A stretch of 64,000 nucleotides of DNA from the NCBI RefSeq assembly GCF_963921235.1, contig NC_086108.1, forward strand, positions 57,848,001 through 57,912,000, read 5' to 3'. Source of the stretch: Mobula hypostoma. Lineage: Eukaryota. Positions 26,505 through 40,774 of this stretch are shown here, piece by piece; position 1 is the stretch's first letter, and the number at the start of each line of letters is the position of its first letter. A model generated the notes under the pieces. It saw nothing but the letters and a program-made list of their open reading frames with translations, was not told the DNA's origin and ran no database searches. The position numbers and the translations under genes were made by a program.

Positions 26505-27140
26505 ACAAGATCACAAGACAAAGGAGCAAAAGTAGGCCATTCGGCCTATCGAGTCTGCTCCGCAGCTCCCCCATGAGCTAAACTATTCACCCATCTAATT
26601 CCAATTTTCGGCTTTTCCCCATATCCCTTGCTACCCTGACTAATTAGATACCTGTCAATCTCCTCCTTAAACACCCTCAATGATCGGGCCTCCACAGCTG
26701 TATGTGGCAACGAATTCCACAAATCCACTACCCTCTGGCTAAAAAAATTTCTCCTCATCTCTGTTTTAATTGGGTACCCTCTAATTCTAAGACTATGGCC
26801 TTTTGTCCTGGACTTACCCACCAAGGGAAACAACCTTTCCACATCTACTCTGTCCAACCCTTGCAACATTCAAAATGTTTCTATGAGATCCCCTCTCATT
26901 CTTCTATACTCTAATGAGTACAATCCAAGAGCCGACAAACGCTCCTCATATGTTAGCCCCTGCATTCCAGGAATCATTCTCGTATATCTTCTCTGAACTC
27001 TCTCCAACATCAGTACATCCTTTCTATGATAGGGGGCCCAAAACTGCACACAGTATTTCAAATGAGGTCTCACTAATGCCCCATAGAGCCTCATCAACAC
27101 CTCCTTACTCTTATACACTATTCCTCTTGAAATGAATGCC
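26505..27140 (-). mobile_element. CR1 3' fragment
   Basis: ORFs 26870-27118 and 26546-26869; tail tcttgtgatcttgtga on the minus strand. Confidence 0.9.
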
Positions 27141-29040
27141 TATTTGAGGCAAGACCTTTTGAAGGTGTCCTCTGCTGGGGAGGCTGGTACCCATTAGAAA
27201 GGTGGCTGAATTTGCAACTTTCTGCAGCTTTTTCCAGTCCTGTGCAGTGGCCCCTCCATGTCATATGGTGATGCAACCAGTTAGAATGCTCTCCATGGTG
27301 TTTACATGAAATTTACATGAGTCTTTGTGACATACCATGTCTCGTCAAATGAAATATAGCTGCTGTTGTGCCTTCTTTGTAAGTGCATCAATATGTTGGG
27401 TCCAGGATAGATCTTCAGAGATGATGGCACCCAGGAACTTGAAACTGCTCACCTATTCTACTGCTGATCCCTCCATGAGGGTTGGTATGTGATCCCACAA
27501 CTTTCCCTTCCTGAAGTCCACAATCAATTCTTTAGTCTTACTGATGTTGCGTGCAAGGTTGTTGTGACACCACTCAACCAGCTGATCTATCTTGATCCTA
27601 TACACCCCTTCATCACCATCTGAAATTCTGCAAACAATAGTTGTATCATTGGTATATTTACAGATGGTGTTTGATCTGTGCCTAGTCACACAGTTGTTGG
27701 TGTAAGGAGAGTAGAACAATGGGCTAAGCATGCATCCTTGAAGTGTGCCAATATTGATTGTCAGTGAGGAGAAGATGTTATTTCTGATCTGCACTGACTG
27801 TGGTCTCCAAGTGAAGAAGTCAAGAATCCAGTTGTAGAGGGAGGTACAGAGGCCCAGGTTTTGGAGCTTTTTGTATTGAACTGAGAGTATGATTCTGTTT
27901 GATCACTGAGCTATAATCAATAAGGAGTAGCCTGATGTAGGTATTGCTATTGTCCAGGTAATCCAAGGCTGCATGAAAAGCCAGTGAGATTGCATTGGCA
28001 GGAGTTGGCAGGAGCTGATTCATGCCATGACCAACCTCTGAAGCACTTCTTCACAGTAGATGTGAGGGCAACTGGGTGATCGCCATTGAGGCAGCTGACA
28101 CCATCCTTCTTGGCCATTAGTATGACTGTTGCCTTTTTAATGCAGGTAGTAACATTGAATGCAGCAGGGACAGATTGAAAATATCCTTGTACATTCCCGC
28201 CAGTTGGTTGACACAGGTTTTCAGTGCCCTACCAGATGCACCATCAGGGCCTGATGCTTTGCAAGTGTTCACTCTTTTGAAAGTTGTTCTGATGTTGGCC
28301 TCTGAGACAGAGATCACAAGGCTCCTAGAGGCTACAAGGATTTGCACGGATGTAGTTTTATTCTCCCTTACAAAGTGTTTAAAAAAGGTGTTGAGCTCCT
28401 CTGGGAGTGAAGCATCACAGTCATTCATGATGTTAGGTTTTGCTTTGTAGGAAGTAATGGCCTGCAACTCCTCCCAAAGCTGACACGCATCTGATTCTGT
28501 CTCTAACCCTAATTGGATCTGTTTTTTCATTCTTAAAATACCTTCCGTAGGTTGTACCTAGACTTCTTGCATAGTTCTGGATCACCAGTCTGGAAAGCAA
28601 CCAATCTTGCCCTCAGCAGTCTACAAATCTGCTAGTTCATCCATGGCTTTTATTCGGATATGAATAGTATGTTCTTGAAGGCACACTCATCCACACAGGT
28701 CTTGATGAAGTTGGTGGCAATTGTGGTGTATTCCCTGAATATTGTTCATTTTACTGACTCATAGTGGTCCTGTAAGTGCTCCTCCATCTCTCTTGTCGAA
28801 ACCTTTTTGGGCTTCGCCAATGGTGCTGTGGTCTTTAGTCTCTGCCTGTACGTCGGGAGTAGATGTATAGCCAGGTTATTGGACTTTCCAAAGTATGGGC
28901 ATGGTAAGCATTTTTTATCATGGTAGAACAGTGGTCAAGGGCGTTGACTCCTCTAGCTCTACAGCTGATATGTTCAGAAAATTTTTAAGTAAGCCTGGTT
29001 GAAATCTGCAGTGATAGGGCTGGCATTTGTTTCGTGACTG
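27140..29040 (-). mobile_element. Rex-Babar LINE body (endonuclease linker and RT), decayed
   Basis: KASGPDG..GR.LKTC.NQLAG...DIFNLSL; LLIDYSS; LSPLFYS.YTNNC; VEWCHNNL..NISKTKELIVDFRK. Confidence 0.88.
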
Positions 29041-29049
29041 CTGATCATG

Positions 29050-29315
29050 GTACTTAGTTCCTCCAGCGCAGAACAGAGTTGAGGAGGAATTTCTTTAGCC
29101 AGGTGGTGGTGAATCTGAGGAATTCAGTGGCAATTAAGACTTTGGTTGTATTTAAAATGGAGACTGATAAGTTCTTAATTAGTAAGGGGGTCAAATATAA
29201 TGGGGTAAAAGCAGGAGAATGGGGTTGAAAGGGATAAAAATCAGCCATGTCAGAATGTTGGAGCAGACGTGATGGACTGAATGGCTTAATTTGGCTCCTG
29301 TGTCATAGTCATATG
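29050..29315 (+). mobile_element. CR1 3' end
   Basis: aggaatttctttagccaggtggtggtgaatctg; aaatcagccatg; ttggctcctgtgtcatagtc. Confidence 0.8.
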
Positions 29316-32035
29316 GAAACTTATTGACATAGTCTTGATTACTTGATTTGTACCATCATTAGTTCTCATTGTCTAGTTAGAAAATGGCACACACCGTAGA
29401 CTTCAAAACATTGTTAGACTTTGGGTGAAAAGTGGGTGGAGCTAATGCAGTTAATGGTAAAACAATGCGAATCATTATCTCCAATGAGGTGAATGATTTA
29501 CTCAGAACTAAATGCAGATTATCTTTCAAGCCATAGAGAATTTCTCTTCTAACCCTGCTGTGAATGAATAGTTTTCAAACTAAGGAGTTGAGTCTTCACT
29601 TCAGCATCAGTAATTATTCCTATTCCACAAAGTTTTCTCTTCTGGATGTAAAGCCAGGGTGAAGCTTAATGTTTATGGTCATTGCTTGGTGTTTGTGTCG
29701 CATTGTGGTAATTGGCTATTTGTTATCCCATTTCAAAATGCTGGTGAGGTGTTGCTGTATTGGGTAGAGATTACATCTTTGTTTTTTGAACTGGTCAATT
29801 TGTTCCTCATGTCCACCATGCCTATGTGGTAAATGACATCACGTCTACTTGGTCACCTGCTTGCTCCTTCATTCACTTGCTACTGCATTGTAAGAGATGC
29901 AACTACATTGTTGCCAAAAATGACACCCCCCACCCCCACCGGTAGTTCCTGGCCAGTCCAGACAATAAAATGAAATTCTGAAGACCTGATGGTACACTCT
30001 AGTGGCCTAGTAGGGTGTGGTTACATTTACATTGTCCTGTATAGCCTGGAGCCCAGACTGAAATGAGGAGCCACAGAGTGGTGAGATAAACTTTGGACAC
30101 TGGTACCTTACATCTGTGCACTGAAGAGGGAGAAATAATGCAAATGCAGCAGACTGCTTCAGAATAAAATACATTATCCTTTCTTCCCTGATGTGTGATA
30201 TGAACACATCATGGGATCTTTGCTAATTATCACATTCTGGATATTTAGTTTATGAATGTTTTTAAAGAGTTTTGGAGTCACATACATAGTTTGAAAATCC
30301 ATAATGCAATCATTTACTCACTGAACTATTTGTATATCAGAGTTGGAATAGGTCCACGTGCCTATGATCAAATAGGAAATCATTTTAATTGATCTTGTGA
30401 TAATTCTAATGTAGAAAGAAGGACCTTCAGAATGATATTTTAATAGGACTAATGTTAGGGAGGTGTTCAATTGTAAACAGCTGTCACTCAGAGCCATGTG
30501 TCCAAACACTTTGTTCTTTCTGAGCTTCCTAATGCATACTTTCAAACTTGATCCTCAATGAATTCATTTATGGCAGCCAGTGCATATTGATCTGACCTAA
30601 CCACAAATTAGTTTACTCTAGCGGAAACTGCTGTGAGACCTTTGGTGCTGCATCAAGCATGTACAGCATGCACTCATCTACAGTTCTCTCTATCTCAGCA
30701 CCTGACTGTGAAATCAGCTGGCATAAAATCCATAAAGTACAATTCCAGATCTCCCAACTGTTCATCACAGCATGAATGTTGAGCCTCCAGCTCCTCAAAC
30801 TGTCACTGTTTCACAGAAAACGTGTCTCGTATTTTTAACCTCTGTTTGGAGTTGCAAGGATAAAAGTAATCAACTGCTCGCTGCAAAACCTGTTACTGAT
30901 GTTTAATGTTTACTATGATTATGAATCATATTAGCCAAAAATGTATTATTCAGCCCGCAGTTTGAGCTGAGTTACATAATTGGTCCCTCAAGTTGTCACA
31001 CAACCATGTGGAGCTGCCTTATTTTTCAGTTGACCAGCCAAAATATGGTCCGGCTGCTGTCTTGAACTGTATGGGTGAAATATGTTATCATTCCCTTGAT
31101 AATTCTGTCTACAGTGACATATTCTATTTTTCAGGATTCTAGTCATTTGCTATATTTAGTTGTCCATGATCCAAAATGGAGCTGATTCAACAGCATATTT
31201 CAAACTTCTCTTTGCTTATTTTTAATTTTACATTATAACAGTACTAAATTTCATCCATGGTTAAAACTTTAGCTGTTTTTAATTTTCATAATTTTTCCTT
31301 CCAGTTTATCCTTAAATTTATGAAACCAGCCATGGGATCTAAAATTTCTTCAAACAGTATATCAACGGATGTCAAGAATACAGCTTAGATTTTGATTTTT
31401 GTTTTTATTTACTTCGGTAATTACTGAGTAGCTCCCACTGTCCAGCTACTTTTTTGTCCCGCAACATTCCCCTTCTTGTGTATAATAATTAATAGTAGGT
31501 AACTTTCTATTTCAGTGTCCATCAGAATATGGAACACTTTCTAAATGGCGTAAAAGCTATCCAGAGAGAGAGAGAGAGACAAAAGAAGTTAGTGCCTGGT
31601 TAACTACGTGGGACGGCAATATAGTCATTACAGAAACGTGGTTAAAAAGAGCGGCAGGCAGCTGATTGGCAATTCAGTGCTCTAGGGTACTGGAGTGGAA
31701 TTTGTTGAGTGTGTTGAGGAAAGTTTCCTTGTGCAATATATAAAGGGCCCTATTAGGGAGACCTACTCTTGAGTAATAAAGTGGGATGGGTGACTCGGGG
31801 GACCACTTTGGGACCAGCGATCATTTTTCTGTTAGTTTTAAAATAGTTATGTAAAGGGAGAACTAACCCACAGGTTCATGTTCTGAATTTGGGCAAGGTG
31901 AATTTTGATGATCTGAGACATGAGTCTGCAAAAGTTTATTGGAGCAGGCTGTTTGTGGGTACAGGGACGACAGGCAAATTGGAGGCTTTCAAAGGTGAAA
32001 TTGTGAAAACTCAAAAACTGCATGTTCATTTTAGG

Positions 32036-32740
32036 CAAGGCAAGACAAGTTTATTTGAATAGCACTTTTCAAACACAAGGTAGTTCAAAGTTCTTTACAT
32101 AAAACAAAACGTAAAAACCAAACATCAAATTTTGGAGGATATAAAGAAGATAAAATCACACATAAAAATAAAGGAATAAAAGTTACAGTGCAGGAGATTC
32201 TAATTAAATGCTACAGTGAAAAGAAAAGTTTTAAGCCTCAATTTAAAAGAGCTTAAAGTTGGGGCAGAGTTCAAATCATCTGGAAGGGTATTCCAGATAT
32301 GTGGAGCGTGGTAACTAAGCTGCTTCACCAAGTTTAGTTTTGATCCTGGGGACGGTAAACAGGCCCACCCCAGACGACCTGAGAGCTCAGGAAGGTTCAT
32401 AATACAGCAAAAGATCCGAGATGTATTTTGGCACCAGACCAGTCAGTGTTTTATAAACCAGTAGTAATATTTTAACATCAGTCCTCTGATGATAGGAAGC
32501 CAGTGTAGCAATCTGAGTACTGGAGTGATGCATTCTACTTCCTTGGTCTTAGTGAGGACTCTAGCAATCGTGTTCTGAATGAGCTGCAGCTGTCTAAGGG
32601 ATTTTTTACTGAGATCTGTGAAAACACCATTACAGTAGTCAAGCCTACTAAAAATAAATGCATGGAATAGTTTTTCTAGATCTTGCTGAGACATAGGCCC
32701 TGAAGGGAGTAAGGAACCCTGGATGTTGAGGGATATTGAG
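32036..32740 (-). mobile_element. L2 clade LINE 3' fragment
   Basis: LEKL.HAFIFSRLDYCNGV...LQLIQN..ARVL...ITPVL..LHWLP; APHIWNTLP...FKLRLKTFLF; tail aataaacttgtcttgccttg. Confidence 0.88.
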
Positions 32741-32902
32741 GCTTTGACTAATAAAAAGGAGACATGGGCCAGATACAGGCTTTTGGGATCATGCAAATCT
32801 CAGAAAGGAAATCTGGAGGGCAGAGGGTGGGGGAAGGGGGAGGGTGGAAGCAACAGCTGTGGTAGTTAAGATCAAGGAAAATCCAAAGAGATTTTATGAG
32901 AA

Positions 32903-33420
32903 TACTCAGTGGCAGCTTTATTAGGTACAAGAGTGGAAATGGTATAATCTTCTGCTGTTCTTGCCCAGCTACTGCAATATTTGATGTGTTGTGTGTTCAG
33001 AGATGCTCTTCTGTACACCACTGTTGTAATGCATGGTTATTTGAGTTGACAGCTTGAACCAGTCCAGCCATTCTCCTCTGACCTCCCATTAACAAGGCAG
33101 TTCTGCCCACAGAACTGCTGCTCACTGGATGTTTTTTGTTTTTTGTCCATTCTCTGTAAACTCTAGAGACTGTTGCGCATGAAAATCCCAGAAGATCAGC
33201 AGTTTCTGAGATACTCAAACCACCCCATCTGGCACCAAAAATTAGTCCACAGTCAAAGTTGCTGAGATCACATTTCTTCCCCATTCTGATGTTTGATCTG
33301 AACAACTGAATCTCTTGACCACATTGGCATACATTGAGTTGATGCCACATAATTAGCTGATTAGATATTTGCATTAATGAGCAGATGTAGAGAAGTTCCT
33401 AATAAAGTGGCCATTGAGTG
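32903..33420 (-). mobile_element. Internally deleted Tc1/mariner element
   Basis: TIRs tactcagtggcagctttattagg and cctaataaagtggccattgagtg|ta; transposase N-terminal HTH MGKKCDLSNFD.G.I.GAR..GLSISETADLLGFS..TVSRVYREW. Confidence 0.88.
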
Positions 33421-34654
33421 TATACTAAAGGAAGAAGAGAAACTAGAAAGAGAATAGAACCTCAAAGACCCCAAAAGGAACACTGTTGTGTGTGCCTATG
33501 GGAGATGGGAAAAGACTAAAATGAATATTTCTCATCTATTTTTAACTGTGGATAAAGCATACTTTACCTGTATACTTCAGAACCAGGAAAAGTAAATTGG
33601 GAGTTATTGGGGATCATCCATATTACCCCTGAGGAAATGCCAGATGTCTTAAAAATACCAAGATTGACAAATCTCCTGTGCTTGACCTGGTACAGAATAT
33701 CCAGGAACATTGTGGGAGCCCTGAACATTTGCATCATCATTAGGTGTTGGTAGGATGAACGAAGATGAAAGTCATGCTTTTTTTTTAAGAAAGGCCTGGA
33801 AGTATACACCATAAGTCTAAAATTCAAGGTAGGACTCTGAGGGATAAGATATACACACTGTATGTTCATCTGGAAGGATGGGGTAGTCAGCATGGCTTTA
33901 TGCACTGAAGAATCAGCTATTGTGAACTTGAATGAGTTTTTTGATGATCTTATCAAGAAAGTTAATGAGGCTAGGGTTGTAGATATGGTTAATGTGGATA
34001 TCGGGGGGCCTTGGATAAGTTTCTATGTGATAGCCTGCTATGGAAGGTTGCTCACTAATTGGATACGCAATTGGCTTGATGCTAGAAAGCAGAGAGTGAT
34101 GATAGAATATTGTTTCTTGGACTGGAGGCCGAGACTAGTGGTGTGTCTCAGAGGCTGATGCTGGGCCCATTGTTATTTGTCATCTACATCAATGATTTGA
34201 ATAAGAATGTGCAAGGCATAGTTTTATGTTTACTGATCACATTAAAATAGGTGGTATAGCGAACAATGAAGATGTTTGTAAGAAAATTATAGAGGGAACT
34301 TGATTGTCTGAGTAAGTGGAGCCAGAAATGGCAAATGGAGTTTAATTTGTTGCTTTTTGAAAAGTAATAACCAGGTAGGATGTTCACAGTGAATGGTAGG
34401 GTCCCGGAGTGTTGTAGAACAGTGGGACTATGGAGTACAAGTATATAGTTGATTGAATATGGAGTCACAGGTATACCCAGTGGTGAAGGCTGACCTTCAC
34501 AAGTCAAGGTATTGAGTATAAGAGCTGATCGGTCATGGTACAATTTTACAGGACACTGGTGAGGCCACACTTGAAGTTTTGATCACCCTCTTGTAGGAAA
34601 GATCTTATTAAACTGATAAGAGTGCAGAAAAGATTTACAAGGATATTTCCAGGA

Positions 34655-35800
34655 TTGAGTTGAATTGACTTTATTACTTACATCCTTCATATACATGAGG
34701 AGTAAAAATCTTTACGTTACGTCTCTATCTAAATGTGCTATGTGCAGTTATAGTAATTTATAATAAATATTATGTATAACAGGATAGTCAATATAACATA
34801 GAAATACAGTTGTGTCAGCATGAATTAAGCAGTCTGATGGCCTGGTGGAAGAAGCTGTCCCGGAGCCTGTTGGTCCTGGCTTTTATGCTTCAGTACCGTT
34901 TCCCAGATAGTAGCAGCTTGAACAGTTTGTGGTTGGGGTGACTCGGGTCTCCAATAATTCTGCGGGCCCTTTTTACACACCTGTCTTTGTAAATGTCCTG
35001 AATAATGGGAAGTTCACATCTGCAGATGCGCTGGGCTATCCACACCATTCTCCACAGAGACCTGCGATTGAGGGAAGTACAGTTCCCATACCAGGCAGTG
35101 ATACAGCCAGTCAGGATGCTCTCAATTGTGCCCCTATAGAAAGTTCTTAGAATTTGGGGGCCCTTCCCAAACTTCTCAAATGTCTGAGGTGAAAGAGGCA
35201 CTGTCGTGCTTTTGCACCACACAGCCGGTATGTACAGATCACGTGAGATCTTCAGTGGTGTTTATGCCAAGGAACTTAAAGATGTTCACCCTCTCAACCC
35301 CAGATCCAGGGGTTAGCCTGTCTCCATTCCTCCTGTAGTCCACAACTAGCTCCTTTGTTTTTGCAACACTGAGGGAGAGGTTATTTTCGCGACACCACTG
35401 TGTCAGGGTGATGACTTCTTCTCTGTAGGCAGCCTCATTATTATTTGAGATTAGGCCAATCAGTGTAGTGTTGCCAGCAAATTTAATTAGCAGATTGGAG
35501 CTGTGGGTGGCGACACAGTCATGGATATACAGAGTAAAGGAGGAGGCTTAGTACACACACACCCCTGAGGGGCACCTGTGTTGAGGGTCAGAGGGGCAGA
35601 GGTGAGGGAGCCCACTCTTACCACCTGCTGGTGATCTGACAGGAAGTCCAGGATCCAGCTACATAAGGCAGGGTCAAGGCCGTGGTCTCTGAGCTTCTTG
35701 TCGAGCCTGGAGGGAATTATGGTGTTGAATGCTGAACTGTAGACCAAGATCAGCATTCTCATATAAGCATTCTTCTTCTCCAGATGTGTAAGGATGGTGT
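34655..35800 (-). mobile_element. Rex-Babar LINE, 5'-truncated
   Basis: YSSAFNTIIP, WILDFLS, LNTGAPQGCV, FYRGTIESILTGCITAWYG; tail aataaagtcaattcaactcaa. Confidence 0.9.
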
Positions 35801-36479
35801 CAGGGACAAAGTTATAGAGAGATGTTGAGCAGGTTAGACTACGTTCCTGAGACCATAGGGGACTGAGAAACTACCTTATGGAGGTGTGTGAGGGGTAGAG
35901 ATAGAATGAATGCACTTCATCTTTCTCCAAGGGTTGTGGAATCAGGCACTGAAGGGCATAGGCTTAAGGTGAGAGGGAAAAGGTTTAAGACAAACTTGTG
36001 GGACAATATTTTTCACGAAGGGTAGTATCTCTGTGGAATGAGGTTGCAGAGGTAGTGGCTGAGGCAGGTACAGTGACGGCTTTTGAATGCCATTTGGTGT
36101 GAAGGGCCTGTTTCTGTGCTTTCTAACTCTATGATCTAAGGGTCATGTGTACAGACCGTTAAATATTGTGAGTAGCTAATGTTGCCCTTTAGTATCAAAT
36201 TACAGAGAGTCGAGTTTATGCTACAAATATACAAAACATTGATATTCTGCTAGCTTCCTGTTTTTCAGTAAAGACTGACATAAAATATCACTGTTCCTGT
36301 TGCCATTTCACCGCCTTTGTTTCTTCATGATCTGGCACACTGTTATTGAATCTCACTTGAATTATTTTAGCTCCAGCAGACCACTCCAATAGTAAACAGG
36401 GAGGTGCTGATGCAGAAACTTCCTTTTGTTCAGTTAACTATTGCTACTGAGTTTAACCTCAGTAGTGGGAAAGTTTTTA

Positions 36480-37360
36480 GATATCTTGATCTGGGTCAGA
36501 ATTAATAGTCACCTGGAAGAAAATTAAGGCAAATCAGCATGGACTAGCGAAGAGCAACTGAGTTCAATCAGGGTGGTAGAGTTTTATTATGTAATATGTA
36601 AAATTGAGCAGAGTAATATGATAATGGACAATGTTTCCAGACAGCTTTTGATAAGGTGCCACATATCAAGACTATTAGCAAAGTTGAAGTACAAAGTGTT
36701 AAAGCCGTGGATAGAATAGATATGAAATCAGCTAAGTAAGATGGCTGTGAGAATGAATGGACGCTACACAGAGTAGACCAATGCAGTCGGACAGATGAAA
36801 AAGTTGGGCTTTAGGCAAGAAGCTATATTTACTGAGTAGGGAGCAAGAATTTTATCTCCACGTCAGTAACTATTGTGCTTGAGATATCACTTCATTGAAG
36901 AGATCATGACTGAAGTATATTGTCACAACTGAGAAACTCGATATTCAGTCCTTTTCATTTTGTTATATACAATACGTTAATGTTTTAGACTTAAATGTAA
37001 GGGATCTGGTGAGCTGGGCAGTCCTGTTAAAGGAGTATGCCAATAAATTGAAAGTTGCCACTGTGGCTGATAGTGAAACTGAAAAGTTTAGAGTGCCTGA
37101 GTTGAGCAGTTAAGTGGCAATTACAACTCAATCTGGAGAAATGTGAGGTAGTGCATTGTGGAGGTGCAATAAGTCAAGGGACCATAAAGAAGGTAAGTGG
37201 TGTGTCAGAACAAGCAGTCTTTAATAAATATCTCCAAAACTTAAAAGGTATCTCGACAGATCAGGATTGTTTAAGAAGGCACTATGCTAATTAACCAATG
37301 AGTAGAATATCAGAGCAAGGAGGTCATGTTAGAACTGTACACCACACAACAATAGTCTGA
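36480..37360 (+). mobile_element. Ancient CR1 RT remnant
   Basis: cagcatgga (QHG), gcttttgataaggtgccaca (AFDKVP), aaatgtgaggtagtgcat (KCEVVH). Confidence 0.6.
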
Positions 37361-37993
37361 TCGCATCATGAGTGGTGCATTTAGTTCAGATTAATGTGTT
37401 GCAGTAAAACTCTGATAATCCACTGTCCTAATGTTCAGAAATTCTACTAGTTCAGCATCTGGGTCATCAGGGCCCCACTCTCTTGAAAATCAATGGGGTC
37501 CCATTTTCATTCTCACTTTAAAAGCACTGGAGCCATGTTCCTGTGCTCCACACAAACACATAAAGTCCTTAATTCCACCCCCTCTTTAAATGTGCTGCTG
37601 CAGCTGTTAAACACAATGGACATTGTTTCTGCTATCCTTTTAATCTCACCTCGTTCTCTGGAAAATTTATTATGCTGTTGTGTAACATATAAAAAAAGGT
37701 GAATTGAAAATGTGTTGTGTTAGTAGGAAAACATCCAATAGTCCACAAAAACTGCCAGATGACCAACAGGAAAATCTGTACCATTCGTGTTTCACTCCAT
37801 AAGAATGATGTGATGGTAATACAGAAGGTGCAAATGAGATTCATGAACATCAGAAATAGAAACAAAAATAGTTTATTCAGCCTCAAGATCATGGTTGATA
37901 TTTTACTTGAGTTCCATATTCTGCACTATCCCCATAACCCTCCATTCCCTTAATATCAAGAAAATTATTGATCGATGTTTAGGATCAACAAAG

Positions 37994-38808
37994 TGAAACC
38001 CCTTTTTGCTGGGTATTTCTAGAGATGTGGCTCATTAGCCCCTCATAAACAGCCACTGCACTCAGCGGTGAGAGAGCCACCCTTCTCAAACTCCGTACAT
38101 TTAGGGTTGGTATGAGATGTGTCCCAACAAAACTGAGAAATTGGGATGGCCTGATTGCCGAACCCCGATCTGTGTGAATACTGTGTAAATATTGCCCCCA
38201 TGAAATAACAGACCCTGCATACAATTTTAAAGAAAAATATATTTACAAATGTCAGCTTTATCAATCAGTTAGTAGGAAAAAGAAAAGGAAAAAAAATAAA
38301 AAGGCCCCAATACAGTTAATCCAGTCCAAATGTGCACATAAATTGGAGCTCATCTTGAAGTTGTCTTTAACTCACGCACTGGACCCTCGGTCTGCGTAAA
38401 AGCACACATCACCTTCTGAATGTCACTAGAAATACACCTCAAACACATGGGCTCCCCACGGGAGTATTGGTCCTTCCTCCTTGAACCCATTCATCTGCAC
38501 CAAGCACCCTGTGCAACAGGGATGGCATCCTCAGCCATCTTCCCTCCTGTCTTCTCCCAGCTCCCACCAAAAAGATCTCAACCCTCACCAGTGTCTGTCA
38601 TAAAAACATTTCTGCCCAGCGCTCCCTAGAATCTTCTGCCAATTCCACAATCCTGATTGGCTGACACAACATTCCTAAGAGGAGCAACATAGCTCCTTAT
38701 CTTTAGCTCAAGCCCAAACATACTAAAAGCAGAATAGACTGCTCTTACGGAACTGCTAAAATGAAATACCTACAGCATAGCAGTAAAAATCTTAACCAGA
38801 GCGTTACA
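37994..38808 (-). mobile_element. Probable solo LTR (~815 bp) inserted in an old CR1 3' end
   Basis: Minus strand starts TGTAACG and ends GGGGTTTCA; flanks aaag/taag (3 of 4 match, possible TSD); CCAAT box; CR1 3' sequence resumes on both sides. Confidence 0.6.
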
Positions 38809-39094
38809 TAAGAAAATGAGTCTTCACCAACAAATCAGGGCAGAGATTTCCAAAACTTCACTATCCCTGTCTGAAATAATTTCTCCACATCTCCATCCAA
38901 AGTGCCCAAGATCATTCTTCTAAACTGAAGTGAACATGAACCTCATCCACACAATCTCTCTGTATATGACAAACCCACCATCCCTGGAACTAGTCTAATT
39001 GTTCTGTGCTTCACTTCTTCCATGACAAGTATATCCTTTCTTAGTTAAAGAGAACAAAATTGTACACAATAATCCAATTGTAGCCTCACTAAAG

Positions 39095-40297
39095 TTAGAA
39101 ACAGAGAAAACCTACAGCACAATACAGGCACTTTGGCCCACAATGCTGTGCTGAACATGTACTTACTTTAGAAATTACCTAGGGTTACCCATAGCCCTCT
39201 ACTTTTCTAAGCTCCATGTACCCATCCAGGAGTCTCTTAAAAGACCTTATCATATTTGCTTCCACCACCATCGCCGGCAGCCCATTCCACGCACTCAGCA
39301 CTCTGTGCAAAAAAAACTTACCCCTGACATCTCCTCTGTACCTACTTCCACACACCTTAAAACTGTGCCCTCTTATGTTAGCCAATTCAGCCCTAGGAAA
39401 AAGTCTCTGACTATTCACACGATCAATGCCTCTCATCATCTTATACCCCTCTATCAGGTCTCCCCTCATCTTCCGCCGCTCCAAAAAGAAAAGGCCGAGT
39501 TCACAACCTATTCTCATAAGGCATGCTCACCAAATCCAGGCAACATCCTTACAAATCTCCTCTGCACCCTTTCTATGGTTTCCACATCCTTCCTATAGTG
39601 AGGCAACCAGAACTGAGCAGAGTACTCCAAGTGGGGGCTGACCAGGATCCTATATAGCTGCAACATTACCTCTCGGCTCTTAAATTCAATTCCACGATTA
39701 ATGAAGGCCAATGTACCATAATGCTTTCTTAACCACAGAGTCAACCTGCACAGCAGCTTTGAGTGTCCTATGGACTCAAACCCCAAGATCCCTCTGATCC
39801 TCCACACTGCCAAGAGTCTTACCATTCTATACTATAATACTATATTCTGTCATCATATTTGACCTACCAAAATGAACCACTTCACACTTATCCGGGTTGA
39901 ACTCCATCTGCCACTTCTCAGCCCAGTTTTGCATCCTATCGATGACCTGCTGTAACCTCTGGCAGCCCTCCACACTGTCCACAACAACCCCAACCTTGTG
40001 TCATCAACAGATTTACTAACCCATCCCTCCACTTCCTCATCCAGGTCAGTTATAAAAATCTGAATAGCAGGGAGTCCCAGAACAGATCCTTGAGGCACCC
40101 CACTGGTCACCAGCCTCCATGCAGAATATGACCCATCTACAACCACTCTTTGCCTTCTGTGGGCAAAGTCCCCTTGGATCCCATGCCTCCTTACTTTCTC
40201 AGTAAACCTTGCATGGGGTACCTTATCAAATGCCTTTCTGAAATCCATATACACTACAACTACTACTCTAATCCATATACACTACATCTGCTGCTCT
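39095..40297 (-). mobile_element. CR1, 5'-truncated, nested in an older CR1 spanning ~37900-40760
   Basis: ORFs 39853-40254 ([22 protein letters not shown]), 39514-39825, 39185-39517. Confidence 0.9.
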
Positions 40298-40774
40298 AAT
40301 ACAATGTAATAACAGAAGGAACCTTCAGCTATACCAAAGCATCTAAGCATATAGTGCTTAATAAAACATTGTGCATAATAAAACTAATAAAACATCAGTG
40401 AGTTTCAAGTCCTTTCAGTGATGTGTGTACAAGAACACTGAGGTCCTTTAAAATGTGTTATCTAATCTCTCACCATTTAAAAAGAAGTGTTTTTCGGTTT
40501 TATGCACCAAACAAAATGACCTCACATTTTTATGTTTTATTCATGAATAACTTGAGTTCAAACATTTCAATGTGTTATTCCATTAGTCAGAGCCTGAGTG
40601 AAAATAAATCATTTATTTCCATTATTTAATTTATTCCCTTCTACCATTTCTCAGTCCATTTTAGTGTATTCTGCCCAATTCCATGTGCTTTAACTTCTTG
40701 ACCAATCTAGTATGTGGGACCTTATTGAATGCCTTCCAAAATTCTAAATACATGACATCCTACTGTACTACTGT

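Larger units (their letters stand above)
31480..36135 (+). mobile_element. Old CR1 backbone fragmented by L2 (32036-32740), Tc1 (32903-33420) and Rex-Babar (34655-35800) insertions
   Basis: Colinear decayed CR1 motifs: VITETW, gaccactttgggaccagcgatcat, NLNEFFD, WIRNWL..RKQRV, gtgaggccacacttg, gaagggcctgtttctgtgct. Confidence 0.7.

Noticed and set aside
31563..31579. (GA)n microsatellite
   Set aside because: Short, ordinary simple repeat.
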